Source: Thermoproteota archaeon (GTDB taxonomy: Archaea > Korarchaeota > Korarchaeia > Korarchaeales > Korarchaeaceae). Taken from it: a stretch of DNA of 64,000 bases. The stretch lies in the NCBI GenBank assembly GCA_027491915.1, contig JAOZGC010000002.1, forward strand, positions 379,344 through 443,343, in the 5' to 3' direction. A program made the translations under genes and the position numbers. Under the pieces are notes generated by a model that worked only from the letters and a program-made list of their open reading frames with translations, made no database searches and was not told the origin of the DNA. Shown here one piece after another: positions 17,454 to 27,705 of this stretch (its first letter is position 1; each line of letters starts with the position of its first letter).

Positions 17454-20089
17454 GCGCCGCCAGGGACGCGGCCGCCCCGGAGGCCAGCGAGATCCAGACT
17501 GCCCGATCCAGCTCCCCCGTCCGGCGGACCGCCTCGGCGCCGACGCCGCCGAGCGACCTGCCCGGGGGCCTCAGTCTTCCCCCTCTCCTTCCCCCGGGTC
17601 CGGCCCCCGCCCCCCCGGCCCCCAGGGCCGCAGCCATGTATTGGTACCTCCAGGCCCCGGACCCGGGCGGGGCCTCCACCGCGCCGCCCGACTCCCCGGC
17701 GGGCCACGGGAACGCGCCGTCCCAAGAGTATGTTCCGCGGATCCTGGCGGCGTTGACGGCCGCAGAGTGCGGATTGTAAACCAGGTAGTTCCCCGATCCG
17801 TCCACCTCGCTCTCCTCCACCAGCCACCAGGTCGAGACGTCGCCGTAGTCGAATCCCGGAGGGCCGCACCTCCCCTGAGGGTCGGCGGGCCCGGAGACGT
17901 AGTCCGGCACGTCGTCCCCGTCGTCCCCTCCCCTGTAGAGCCATACCGTGGCCCCCGGCATGGGCCTCCCCCTCCAGCTGACCACGGCGTATCCGAGCCA
18001 GAGCTTGACGGCCGAGCCCAGTCCGTTTCCGGTCACCGAGTTGGCCGAGCACAGGTCGCTGAGGTTGGCCCACGGGGAGTCCACCACCCTGATCCCGTAC
18101 CCTCCGTTCCCGGACAGGTCCGACCCGGTTATCCCCAGCCCCGCCGGATCCGTCGGGGTCGGGAGAACGTCGTCGCTCCCGTCCGGGGCCGCCGAAGAGC
18201 CGAAGTGGGGCTCCACCCTCACCCCGTCGCCCTCGTTGTTCCTCACGGTGGCCCGGTCGATCACCCCGGACGAGCCGATCCAGTATATCCCGTCCAGCTG
18301 GTTCCACTCCACCTCGTCCATCGTGGAGTTGAACCGCGTCGCGTTGATCAGCACCACGCCGTACCCCCTGTTCCCGTAGACCCGATTCCCCAGGAGGAGG
18401 GTGTCAGCTGGCCCCGGGGCCGCGGGTCCGGTGACCGGGAACCCGAGGTGGGTGGCCGGCGCCGGGACTGACAACACGGCTATCCCGCCGCCGTTCCCGT
18501 CGGCCCTGTCACCCGTCGGGTTCCCGGCGGAGTCGAACGCCCCCACCAAGTTGAAGGTTATGTTGTTCCCGTCTGTGCCGGTCCCGTTCACCACCACCCC
18601 GTCGTACCTGTGGTTCGCCACCACGTTGCGGCTCACCACGTTGCCCGCGGCGCCTCGGGTGATTATGATCCCCAGGCTGGCAACCGAGACCTCGTCGGAG
18701 TAGATTACATTGTCCACCACCGAGTTCCCGCCCGTGCCGGCCCCGGACAGCTCGACGTCCTGATAGGAATTGTAGGCGATCGTGCTCCGTCGGACGATGT
18801 TCGAGCTCGCCCCCCCCTGAGATGGTCACGCCGCCCAGCAGGTTCCCGCCGGGGTTCCCCGCCGAGCTCACCCCAACCAGGCAGTACGCTATCTCGTTGT
18901 TGGACGTGTCCGCCCCCGACAGCAGGATCCCCTCGGCCCCGTTGCCCACCACCTCGTTTCCGGCGTGGATCGTGTCGCCCGAATCTCTCCCTATGAAGTT
19001 TCCGGAAGGCCCGCGCCCGCTCGTGGAGTTGGTGATCAGGGCTATCCCCACCGACGGGGTAACCAGGTTCCCGGCCCCGTCGATCCCGTTGAGGGAGACG
19101 TTGTTGCCGTAGACCTCGATCCCCTCCACCCTCCCCCGGAGCACCACGCCGGCGGAGGCCCAGAGGAGCCCGTTGTGCTTTATCTCGTTCCACGTTACCG
19201 ACGATTCGTTCAGCACGCCGGAGCCGTTCTCGTCGAGGACCACCCCGTCCAGGCCGTTGCCGGATATGTTGTTGCCCTCCCCCGGGGCCCCTATTCTCAC
19301 CCCAGATATGTTCGCCCCCCTGACGAGTACCCCCGCCCCGCGGTTGTCGGCCACCCGGCTCGACCTGACCTCCACCCCGTCGTCCACCGGGAGGCCACCG
19401 CCCCCGTTCCGCTGCAGGATCCCGGCGATGGCGCATCCCTCGACGACGCTGCGGACGACGGTCACGTTGTTCGCGGCCGAGAGGATCCCGACGTCCGCCG
19501 ATCTGATCTCCGAGTCCGCGACGGTCAGGTTCCCGAAGTTCGGGGCCCCCCAGGCCCACATCTCGGCTGACACGCCGTAGTGAGAGTCGGTCACTGTGAC
19601 GTTGGCCACCAGGACCGCGTCCCTGGCCAGGGTGACCTCGATCCCGGCGTAGGCGAAGTTGGACAGGGTCAGGTTCCTGATCTCCGTCCTCCCCCACCAG
19701 ACCGTCACCACCAGTCCTGAGGGGACGGAGCCGCCGCCGTCCAGGACTATGGGCCCGCCCGCGGTCCTGCCGTCTATCGTCACGGGCTCGACTATCTGGG
19801 GCAGCTGGGAGGAGAGGTGGATGGTCCCGGACAGGGATCCGTCGAAGGTTATCGCGTCCTGACCGGGATTTCCGTTGGCCGCGTTTATGGCCTCCCTCAG
19901 GGTGCAGTCTCCGGCGGGGGGCGAATCGCAGCTCCCGTCGTCCGTGTCGGCCAGGCTGTTCACCGTGTAGGTGGCCGCGTGGGCGACCCTCAGCGGGATC
20001 GCGGAGACCGCCAGGGCGGCGGCCGCCAGGGCGACGAGCCGCCTCACCCGGATCACCGTCCCCCGGGGAGGCGACGACAATATAACCAA
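17353..20089 (-). pseudogene. Large (~910 aa if repaired) secreted right-handed beta-helix surface protein with a CSLREA-type N-terminus and a C-terminal TM anchor; reading frame broken at a G8/C8 homopolymer (18810-18817)
   Basis: The upstream ORF (20089..~18818) has a signal peptide (RRLVALAAAALAVSAIPLRVAHA), the motif GDCTLREAINAAN and many parallel-beta-helix repeats. It turns into junk right after ..LLGGVTISGG. The -1 frame continues as ASSNIVRRSTIAYNSYQDVELSGAGTGGNSVVDNVIYSDEV into ORF 17353..18720. The C-terminus is AVWISLASGAAASLAALTV followed by RGRRGRRR. Confidence 0.65.
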
Positions 20090-20119
20090 TCTAGGCCGCC
20101 GCGTCCCGGAGGCGCCGCG

Positions 20120-20126
20120 TTTATAA
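20120..20126. promoter_or_regulatory. Palindromic TATA-like box (TTTATAA) in a 59-bp divergent intergenic region
   Basis: 23-29 nt upstream of ATG 20149 (+ strand) and ~31-37 nt upstream of TTG 20089 (- strand). Confidence 0.45.
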
Positions 20127-20148
20127 CTCCCCCGCCCGGGCCGGGCCG

Positions 20149-20865
20149 ATGCTCCAGATCTCAGCCTCCGCGTTGGAGCTGGCCCTGATGACCGTGGACC
20201 TGGTCCTCCTGATAGCCACGATAGTCCTGTTGACCCTGAGCTTCAGGGAGCTGAGGGGGAGGCACGAGCTGCTCAGGCTCCTGAGTCTCTCCGTCAGCGT
20301 GCTGAGCAGGAGGGAGTACTTCTCCGCCGTGCTCGACGCGATGAGGGGGGCCAGGGAGGAGCTGGTCGGGGCGATAACCGGGGCGCCCCCGAGGACCGAG
20401 GACGAGGAGGAGGCGGTGTCGAAGATAGAGTCCCTCATCTCAAAGGCGGTCTCCTCGGGGGTGAGGGTCAGGTACGTCATACCCAGGGCCGTGACCCACA
20501 TACACGTGGGCTACAGGTACACCAGGGCGGGGGCCGAGGTCAGGTACAGGAAGGGGATCGTGGTCTACGATCTCAGGTACCTGGTGGCCGACGGCAGGAA
20601 GATAGTCATAGGGCTCCCGAAGCCCGAGGGGGAGGAGGAGCCCACCAGGAAGGGATACGTGCTGGAGTCCATGACCCTGGCCAAGCTGCTCCTGGAGTCC
20701 TTCGAGTCCCACTGGCAGGCCCCCGACTCCGTCGGGTACGACGAGTACGCGGCCCAGGTGATATCCGAGATGAGGAAGGTCAACCCGGGCATAGCCGACG
20801 AGACCATAGCCGGCCAGCTCAGGATACCCGTTGAAGAGGTCAGGAGACTGTCCTCCCAGGGCTGA
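20149..20865 (+). CDS. Membrane-anchored hypothetical protein (single N-terminal TM; soluble domain of unknown function)
   Basis: TM segment MTVDLVLLIATIVLLTLSF, then a 200-aa domain with genome-typical codon usage. No catalytic motif recognised. Confidence 0.55.
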   Translation: MLQISASALELALMTVDLVLLIATIVLLTLSFRELRGRHELLRLLSLSVSVLSRREYFSAVLDAMRGAREELVGAITGAPPRTEDEEEAVSKIESLISKAVSSGVRVRYVIPRAVTHIHVGYRYTRAGAEVRYRKGIVVYDLRYLVADGRKIVIGLPKPEGEEEPTRKGYVLESMTLAKLLLESFESHWQAPDSVGYDEYAAQVISEMRKVNPGIADETIAGQLRIPVEEVRRLSSQG

Positions 20866-21036
20866 TCGCCGGGCCGAGGGGATTAAACCAGGCGGCGCGT
20901 CACGAAATGTCCCTGGAGAATCTGACTCCGCCCCACAGGTTCGGGGACGGGAGATCTCGGGAGACGATCGTTAAAAGGAGTCCGGGAGCGGAACCTGTTC
21001 AGAGGGAGTGGGGAGAGACCGGCCAGGTCGGCCCGG

Positions 21037-22080
21037 TCACACCCCACCCATGACGTAGGCCATGATGGCCTTCTGCACGTGGAGCCTGTTCTCCGCCTCG
21101 TCGAAGACCACGCTGTGGGGGCCGTCTATCACGTCGTCGGTGACCTCCATGCCCCTGTCAGCCGGCAGGCAGTGCAGGTATATCACGTCTCCCTTGGCCC
21201 TATCCAGCTTCTCCTGGGTGGTTATCCAGTCCTTGTGCTTGTTCATCAGGTCTATCATCCCCCTCTCGTCCACCTCCGGCACCTTGGGCGGCATGAACTC
21301 CAGGGAGCCCCAGCTCTTCGGGTAGACCACGTCCGCCCCCTCGAAGGCCTCGTCCATGTCGTACGAGATCTCAAAGCTCCCGCCGTACCTGTCCGCGTTA
21401 TCCTTGGCCATCTCAATTATGTCCGGGTGGAGCTCGAGCCCCCGCGGGTGGGCCAGCGTCACGTCAGCCCCGAACCTGGTGAATATGAGGACGGCGCTCT
21501 GGGGGACGGCCACCGGCTTAACGCCCGCGCTGTAGGCCCAGCTGACCACCACCTTCTTCCCCTCGAGCCTGCCCTTGTACTCCATGACCGTCATGAGGTC
21601 GGCCATCGCCTGGTTCGGGTGATACACGTCGTCCTCCATGTTTATCACGGGTATGGACGCCCAGTGGGCGAACTCCCTCACTATCCTGTCCCCCTTCCCG
21701 TAGATCCACTGGACCGGCTCCCCGTAGATCCTTATGGCTATGGCGTCCCCGTACCTGCTGAGGACTCGGGCCACGTCCGAGATCCTCTCGGTCTTGTAGG
21801 CTATCTCTTCCCCCTTGAGCGCCGGGGCGTAGACGGACTTCGGGGTCAGGTATATGCCCTGTCCCCCCAGCTGGAAGATCCCGGTCTGGAAGCTGTTCCT
21901 GGTCCTGAGGCTGCTGTTGTAGAAGAGCATGTATAGGGTCCTGCCCTCCAGCAGCCTGTGCGGAATTCTCTGCCTCTGCTTCGCCTTTAAATCGAAGGCC
22001 AGCTTCAGCACGGCCTCCAACTCTTCCCTACTCCACTCCTGGGTGGAGATGAAGTCCCTTCCCCTGAGATTCACCACCAA
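21037..22080 (-). CDS. ygeW: YgeW-type (knotted) carbamoyltransferase of the ATCase/OTCase superfamily, substrate unknown
   Basis: YNSSLRTRNSF (carbamoyl-phosphate motif), DVYHPNQAMADL (HPxQ), VSWAYSAGVKPVAVPQS, TRFGADVTLAHP, DVVYPKSWGS, HKDW, YLHCLPADRG. This pattern matches my recollection of E. coli YgeW better than that of ArgF or PyrB. Confidence 0.75.
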   Translation of the reverse strand: MVVNLRGRDFISTQEWSREELEAVLKLAFDLKAKQRQRIPHRLLEGRTLYMLFYNSSLRTRNSFQTGIFQLGGQGIYLTPKSVYAPALKGEEIAYKTERISDVARVLSRYGDAIAIRIYGEPVQWIYGKGDRIVREFAHWASIPVINMEDDVYHPNQAMADLMTVMEYKGRLEGKKVVVSWAYSAGVKPVAVPQSAVLIFTRFGADVTLAHPRGLELHPDIIEMAKDNADRYGGSFEISYDMDEAFEGADVVYPKSWGSLEFMPPKVPEVDERGMIDLMNKHKDWITTQEKLDRAKGDVIYLHCLPADRGMEVTDDVIDGPHSVVFDEAENRLHVQKAIMAYVMGGV

Positions 22081-22403
22081 GGGTTGTCCCCCGGGGGCCC
22101 GGCCCCGGGCGGCGAAAACATAAACCTATCGGGCGCCGGCCTCACCCTGTGGGCGGACGCCGGGCGGGACGCCTCTGAGCCATTCCAAGACCCCCAACCC
22201 GCCACCCGAGATAGGAATCGAGACGGGCCGCCCGGGTTGGGCGCGGGCATCTCGCCCCTCGGGTGTCCGATCCCGAATAATCCCGGGCGCTGGAGGTCGA
22301 TCCTCGGGGAGCGGCTGGCCCCCGTCAACTTTTAACTCGGATTTCGCTCCAAATTGGTGGCACCTCGCCCTTGTTGGCCGACATATTTTTGGCCAATTTT
22401 TAA

Positions 22404-23759
22404 ATGGAGTCGATTAGGTTGACCGGGATGGGTCGGAGAGCCGTCCGGACCGGCCTGAGGTTGGCCTCGGTCGCTTGGATCTCGATCTCCATGGCGGCGA
22501 CGGCGGCCGCCGTCGCCGGGGTCGGAATCGACTCGGTGGCCAGGGTCCTGACGTCCGAGTGGTACCTCGGCGTGGCCTTCTGGTTCCTCGTCCCCCTGGG
22601 GTGGCTCTCCCTCATATCCCTCCGGAGGCTAAGGCCGGGAAGGCCGGCGCTGCTGGGCGTGGACGTTCCCTGGCTCGGGGCCGCCCTGGCCCTCATGACC
22701 CTCTCGGTGCTCGCCGAGGCGGCCGCCGAGGCCGGGCCCGTGGATCCGGCGGTCTACGTCGCGTCCACAACCGTCCCGGAGTCGCTGGGGATAGTCTCCT
22801 TCTTCACCTTCGTGGTCGACCTCTTCGAGACCTCTGGGCTGGCCCCCCGCCCCGGGAGGAGGGTCTCGCCGTTGATCCACGGAGTCGCGGCGGCGGCGAT
22901 GGCCGCCCCGGCCCTGCTGGCCCTGATCTTCGCGGTCCGGTCCGGGAGGATCTCCCCCTGGGACGGAGTCGCCTTCGGCTTAGCGGCGGCCTGGCTGACC
23001 CACCTCCTGGCCAGGGCGGTCTCCGTACCGAGCGAGGCTCAGGAGGCGGCCGGTTCAGCGTGGGTGCTGGCTCTGGCGGCCCTGGCGCTCCAGCTCTCCA
23101 ACCTGTGCTCTTGGTTCATCTCAGAGGCGGCCTCTCCCTCCCCCGTCTCGGGCCCGATGGGGGTTCTCAGCGACGCAATGGACCTGATCAGCTGGACCCT
23201 GATCCCGCTGTCAGTCCTTTCCCTGGTTGGGTTCAGGGTGGAGTCCGCCGCGGCCGGGGTGGTCGAGCTGGTCGAGGTGCCCACCACGGGCCCGGTGCCG
23301 GGCGGCGTGTGGGAGAGGGCCCTCGCCCTCTCCCGGGGAGGGAGGGTGATAGTGGTGGGGAGGAGGTGGGTCCCCTGGATAGGGGCCCTGCCCCCCGGGA
23401 GGGGGGCTGCCATATACCTGACGGCCACGGTCGACTCGCCCAGGGAGCTCTCGCCCCGGGAGTTCGAGTGCCCCCCGGATCCGGAGACCCTGGCCGGCCT
23501 GGTGTCGACTCTGTCCGGGGGGTCGAGGTCGGCGGTCGTGGTGGACGACCTTTCCGACCTGATACTCCTCTGCGGCCTGGACAAGGTTACGTCCTGCGCC
23601 CCGACCATGAGGGGACTGGCCGAGGGCGGGATATCCTTTCTGCTGCTCCTGAGGAGGGGGTCGGTGGGTCCCGGGGATCTCGCCTCCCTGAGGGAGGCGT
23701 TCGGGGGGAGGGAGTCCAAGGAGATCGCGGAGATCCGGGCGGTGGGCGATTCAAACTGA
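22404..23759 (+). CDS. Polytopic membrane protein with C-terminal DUF835-like (KaiC/RecA-fold-like, no P-loop) domain; paralogue 1
   Basis: About 8 hydrophobic segments, then GGRVIVVGRR...AAIYLTA...SAVVVDDLSDLILLCGLDKV...ISFLLLL. Same architecture as 51776..53080. Confidence 0.6.
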   Translation: MESIRLTGMGRRAVRTGLRLASVAWISISMAATAAAVAGVGIDSVARVLTSEWYLGVAFWFLVPLGWLSLISLRRLRPGRPALLGVDVPWLGAALALMTLSVLAEAAAEAGPVDPAVYVASTTVPESLGIVSFFTFVVDLFETSGLAPRPGRRVSPLIHGVAAAAMAAPALLALIFAVRSGRISPWDGVAFGLAAAWLTHLLARAVSVPSEAQEAAGSAWVLALAALALQLSNLCSWFISEAASPSPVSGPMGVLSDAMDLISWTLIPLSVLSLVGFRVESAAAGVVELVEVPTTGPVPGGVWERALALSRGGRVIVVGRRWVPWIGALPPGRGAAIYLTATVDSPRELSPREFECPPDPETLAGLVSTLSGGSRSAVVVDDLSDLILLCGLDKVTSCAPTMRGLAEGGISFLLLLRRGSVGPGDLASLREAFGGRESKEIAEIRAVGDSN

Positions 23760-23987
23760 GTCTAGCGAGCCGGTCGGCGGATCCCCGGCCGATCTGCCCC
23801 CGAGATCGGGTCGGCGGATCGGAGCCCCGGCCCAGTCCCGGGAGGCCGGGCCCCAGGAGGTCAGATTAATATGTTGTCCTCCCCGGGCTCACGAGTCTCG
23901 GCGGCGACCGCCGGATCAGGAGGGGTAAGCTTGTCGGTTGGACGGGAGGAATCCGCGTCGGTCGGCGGCCATCCCGGCGAGGCGGGG

Positions 23988-25517
23988 TTGGCCGGGCCCC
24001 CGCTGGTCAGGATGGAGGGGATAGTGAAGAGGTTCCCTGGGGTCCTGGCCAACGACCACGTCGACTTCGAGCTGGTGCCCGGGGAGGTGCACGCCCTGCT
24101 GGGGGAGAACGGGGCGGGCAAGACCACCCTCATGAACATCCTGTTCGGCATATACACCCCGGACGAGGGCAGGATATACGTCAGGGGGGAGGAGGTATGG
24201 ATAGGCTCCCCGAGGGACGCCATAAGGCTGGGGATAGGGATGGTCCATCAGCACTTCCTTCTGGTCGACAGGCACACCGTGGCTGAGAACGTAGCCCTCG
24301 GGTTCGCCGAGAGCCAGCTCTCCCCCCTGAGGGAGGTCAGGCGGAGGATATCTGAGTTCTCCGAGAGGTACGGCCTGAAGGTGGACCCGGACGCCTACGT
24401 GTGGCAGCTCTCCGCCGGGGAGCAGCAGAGGGTGGAGATAATCAAGGCCCTCTACGCCGGGGCGGACATCCTGATACTGGACGAGCCCACGTCCGTCCTC
24501 ACCCCCCAGGAGACCAGGGAGCTCTTCGAGGTGCTGCGCAGGATGAGGGACGAGGGGAAGGGCGTGATCTTCATAACCCACAAGCTGGAGGAGGTCATGG
24601 CCGTGGCGGACAGGGTCACCGTCCTGCGCAGGGGGAAGGTGATCGGGACAGTCCCGGCCTCCGAGACGGACGAGAGGAGCCTGGCCAGGATGATGGTCGG
24701 CAGGGAGGTACTCTTCAGGCTGGAGAAGGGTGAGGTCCAGGTGGGTCCCCCGGCCCTCGAGGTCAGGGACCTCTGGGTGGTTGGGGACAGGGGGCTGGAC
24801 GCCGTCAGGGGGGTCACCATGACGGTGAGGAGGGGGGAGATATACGGGATAGCCGGGGTCGCGGGGAACGGCCAGAGGGAGCTGATAGAGGCCATAGCCG
24901 GGCTGAGGAAGGTTAAGTCTGGCTCCATCCACATATCCGGGGTGGACGTGACCAACAAGAGCCCGAAGGTCATCCACGGGATGGGGGTGGCCCACGTGCC
25001 CGAGGAGAGGCTCAGGCACGGCATAGTCCCGAACCTGAGCGTGGCCGAGAACCTGGTCCTGAAGGACTACGACAGGGAGCCCTTCTCGAGGGGGGTCCTC
25101 CTGAACTACGAGGCCATAGAGAGGAACGCGGAGGACCTGGTGGAGAGGTTCGAGATAGTGACCCCGAGCATCAGGACCCCCGCGAAGCTCCTCTCGGGGG
25201 GGAACATACAGAGGCTGATATGCGCCAGGGAGTTCTCCAGGGAACCCAAGGTGATCCTGGCCGCCCACCCGACTTACGGCCTGGACGTCGGGGCCACCGA
25301 GTCCATCAGGAGGCTCCTGCTGGAGGAGAGGTCCAGGGGGGCCGCCGTCCTCCTGGTCTCCGAGGATCTGGAGGAGGTGCTGAACCTGAGCGACAGGGTC
25401 GGCGTTATGTACGGGGGGGAGATCGTCGGTGAGTTCAGGCCAGGGGAGGTCGACATGGAGGAGGTGGGCCTAATGATGGCCGGGGTCAGGAGGGGCGGAT
25501 CCCAGGCGGCGGGGTGA
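23988..25517 (+). CDS. ABC transporter ATP-binding protein with duplicated ABC cassette (BMP/nucleoside-type uptake system)
   Basis: Walker A GENGAGKTT and a second site GVAGNGQRE. Signatures LSAGEQQR and LSGGNIQR. Walker B ILILDEPT. The start is uncertain (TTG 23988 or ATG 24012). Confidence 0.9.
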   Translation: MAGPPLVRMEGIVKRFPGVLANDHVDFELVPGEVHALLGENGAGKTTLMNILFGIYTPDEGRIYVRGEEVWIGSPRDAIRLGIGMVHQHFLLVDRHTVAENVALGFAESQLSPLREVRRRISEFSERYGLKVDPDAYVWQLSAGEQQRVEIIKALYAGADILILDEPTSVLTPQETRELFEVLRRMRDEGKGVIFITHKLEEVMAVADRVTVLRRGKVIGTVPASETDERSLARMMVGREVLFRLEKGEVQVGPPALEVRDLWVVGDRGLDAVRGVTMTVRRGEIYGIAGVAGNGQRELIEAIAGLRKVKSGSIHISGVDVTNKSPKVIHGMGVAHVPEERLRHGIVPNLSVAENLVLKDYDREPFSRGVLLNYEAIERNAEDLVERFEIVTPSIRTPAKLLSGGNIQRLICAREFSREPKVILAAHPTYGLDVGATESIRRLLLEERSRGAAVLLVSEDLEEVLNLSDRVGVMYGGEIVGEFRPGEVDMEEVGLMMAGVRRGGSQAAG

Positions 25518-25521
25518 CCTC

Positions 25522-26598
25522 ATGAGGCTGGTGGTGGAGAAGAGGACCGTCGCGTCCAGGAGGTTCTCGGTCGCCGTCAGGGTTGCTTCGGTGGCCGCGG
25601 CCCTGCTCACCATGGCCGCCGTCTTCGCCGGGTACGGCCTGGACCCGGTAAGGGTGTACGGCGGCATATTCTCCAAGGCCTTCGGAACGCCGGTGGGACT
25701 CGCCGAGACCGTGGTCAGGATGATCCCCCTCCTGCTGATAAGCTCCGGGCTCGCCCTGGTGTTCAAGGCCCAGTTCTGGAATATAGGGGCGGAGGGCCAG
25801 TTCCTGGCCGGGGCCATGGCCGCCTTCGTGGTGGCCACCTCCCTCCCGGACCTGCCCCCCCACCTGCTGATCCCCCTCATGTTCGCCGTCGGGTTCCTGG
25901 CCGGGGCCGCCTGGGGGGTGCCGACCGCCTTCATGAGGGCGAAGCTGAACGTCAACGAGGTGATAACCACCCTGATGTTCACCTACATACTCGACTGGAT
26001 CTTCCAGTGGACCCTCTCCGGCCCGTGGAAGGCCAGGGAGACCGTCGGCCAGCTGACCTACTCGGGTTTCAGGCACTCCGTCGTCATAACCGAGAACGCC
26101 TGGCTCCCCCTGATAGAGGGGACCAGGGTCCACTGGCCCACCCTCGCCCTGGCCGTGGCGGCCGCGATCGCGGCCTACCTCGTCGTCTCCAGGACCACCT
26201 TCGGGTACGAGCTCAGGGTCGTCGGGGACAACCCGGAGGCGGCCCGGGCGGCCGGAATAAGCTACTCCAAGGTGGTCTCGGTGGGCATGATCATAAGCGG
26301 CGGGCTGGCGGGCATGGCGGGGGTCGGGGAACTGGCGGGGATCCAGCACAGGTTCACGGCCGAGTTCCTGACGGGCTACGGGTACGATGCGATAATAACG
26401 GCTTGGCTCGGTGGGATGAACCCCGTCGGGCTCCTGGTGGCCAACTTCCTCTTGGGGGGCCTGGTGGTCGGGGGGGACTACCTCCAGATCAAGTTCAGGC
26501 TCCCGGGGGGGATGATCGACATGTTCAACGGCACGATCCTGTTCTTCGTGCTGGCCTTCGAGTTCCTCCTCAGGTACAGGATCAGGATAAGGAGGTGA
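25522..26598 (+). CDS. ABC transporter permease (BPD_transp_2 type)
   Basis: 358 aa and multi-TM. Follows the ATPase after 4 nt. Confidence 0.85.
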   Translation: MRLVVEKRTVASRRFSVAVRVASVAAALLTMAAVFAGYGLDPVRVYGGIFSKAFGTPVGLAETVVRMIPLLLISSGLALVFKAQFWNIGAEGQFLAGAMAAFVVATSLPDLPPHLLIPLMFAVGFLAGAAWGVPTAFMRAKLNVNEVITTLMFTYILDWIFQWTLSGPWKARETVGQLTYSGFRHSVVITENAWLPLIEGTRVHWPTLALAVAAAIAAYLVVSRTTFGYELRVVGDNPEAARAAGISYSKVVSVGMIISGGLAGMAGVGELAGIQHRFTAEFLTGYGYDAIITAWLGGMNPVGLLVANFLLGGLVVGGDYLQIKFRLPGGMIDMFNGTILFFVLAFEFLLRYRIRIRR

Positions 26599-26606
26599 CC
26601 CCGTAG

Positions 26607-27542
26607 ATGCAGGCGGAGCTGATATCCAGCGTCCTCTGGATCGGGTTGAGGTCCGGCACCCCCCTCCTGCTGGCCACCGTGGGGGAGATATACGCCGAGA
26701 GGTCCGGGATCCTCAACCTCGGGATAGAGGGGATGATGATAATAGGGGCCTTCACCGCCTTCGCGGTGGGCCAGGCGACCTCCAGCCCTTGGCTGGCCAT
26801 GGCGGCCGCCGCCGCGGCCGGGCTGGCCGCCTCCCTAATACACGCCTTCATCAGCATCCACCTCAGGGGGAACCAGGTGGTCTCGGGGCTGGCCCTGACC
26901 ATGTTCGGCCTCGGGCTCACCAGCGTGGCCGGCGGGACCTTCGTCGGCGCGGCCCTCCCCAGGGAGGCCAGGATAATCCCATCCCCCCTGAGCGAGGAGC
27001 TGGCCGCCATCCCCGTGATCGGGAAGGCCCTGTTCGACCAGGATCCCTTTCTGTATCTCAGCATCCTGATATCGGTCCTGCTGTGGTTCGTCCTCTACAA
27101 GACGAAGTTGGGCATAGTGATCAGGTCCGTGGGTGAGAATCCGGCCGCCGCCGACGCCCTCGGGGTCAACGTATACGCGGTCAGGTACGCGTGCACGGCG
27201 CTGGGGGGGGCCCTGGCCGGCATGGCCGGATCATACATCACCCTCTCCCTGAGGCCCGGGTGGGTAGAGAACATCACGGCCGGCAGGGGTTGGATAGCGG
27301 TGGCCCTGACGATCTTCGCCCTCTGGGACCCCCTCAAGGCCATAGCCGGGTCCTACCTATTCGGGATAGTGGAGGCCGGGACCTACAACCTCCAACCCCT
27401 GGGTTTCAGTCAGTGGCTCCTCAACGCCATACCTTACGTCCTCACGGTCGTCATACTAGTTGCGGGCGCCACCGAAACCATGAGAAAGAAGATGGGAGCT
27501 CCAGCGGCCCTCGGCGTCCCTTACGTTAGGGGAGAGAAGTGA
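26607..27542 (+). CDS. ABC transporter permease (second subunit)
   Basis: 311 aa and multi-TM. Paralogous to the preceding permease. Confidence 0.85.
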   Translation: MQAELISSVLWIGLRSGTPLLLATVGEIYAERSGILNLGIEGMMIIGAFTAFAVGQATSSPWLAMAAAAAAGLAASLIHAFISIHLRGNQVVSGLALTMFGLGLTSVAGGTFVGAALPREARIIPSPLSEELAAIPVIGKALFDQDPFLYLSILISVLLWFVLYKTKLGIVIRSVGENPAAADALGVNVYAVRYACTALGGALAGMAGSYITLSLRPGWVENITAGRGWIAVALTIFALWDPLKAIAGSYLFGIVEAGTYNLQPLGFSQWLLNAIPYVLTVVILVAGATETMRKKMGAPAALGVPYVRGEK

Positions 27543-27705
27543 TGGACGAGACGGGACCGCTCCTCAAAGATCCTCAAGTATAGTTCACGCATTTGACTCA
27601 GACGATCTCCGCCCCGCGACCTGACGCCGAGCCCTGAGTGTCACCTTGAGAAACGTTTATTGGTATTCCCCTCCCGGGAGAATACCCCATCGAGGGTGAG
27701 ACAGA

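Noticed and set aside
22081-22403. A 323-bp divergent intergenic region with two ~85-aa ORFs (22071..22328 on the - strand, 22084..22335 on the + strand), also examined as a possible structured RNA (SRP RNA, RNase P RNA, tRNA)
   Set aside because: The ORF translations are junk-like. I found no tRNA T-arm, no RNase P CR-I (GAGGAAAGUCC) and no recognisable SRP helix-8 motif. A small TTGGCC..GGCCAA inverted repeat (22374-22396) near the 22404 start is probably just promoter/operator sequence. A covariance-model scan would be needed to exclude an ncRNA.
27538-27625. GTGATGG ... CTGA ... CTGA elements downstream of the second permease gene, resembling C/D-box sRNA boxes
   Set aside because: The C box is imperfect (GUGAUGG). 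No D'/C' boxes occur at the expected 12-nt guide spacing, and the C-to-D distance (~80 nt) is too long. The GTGATGG also overlaps the permease stop codon.
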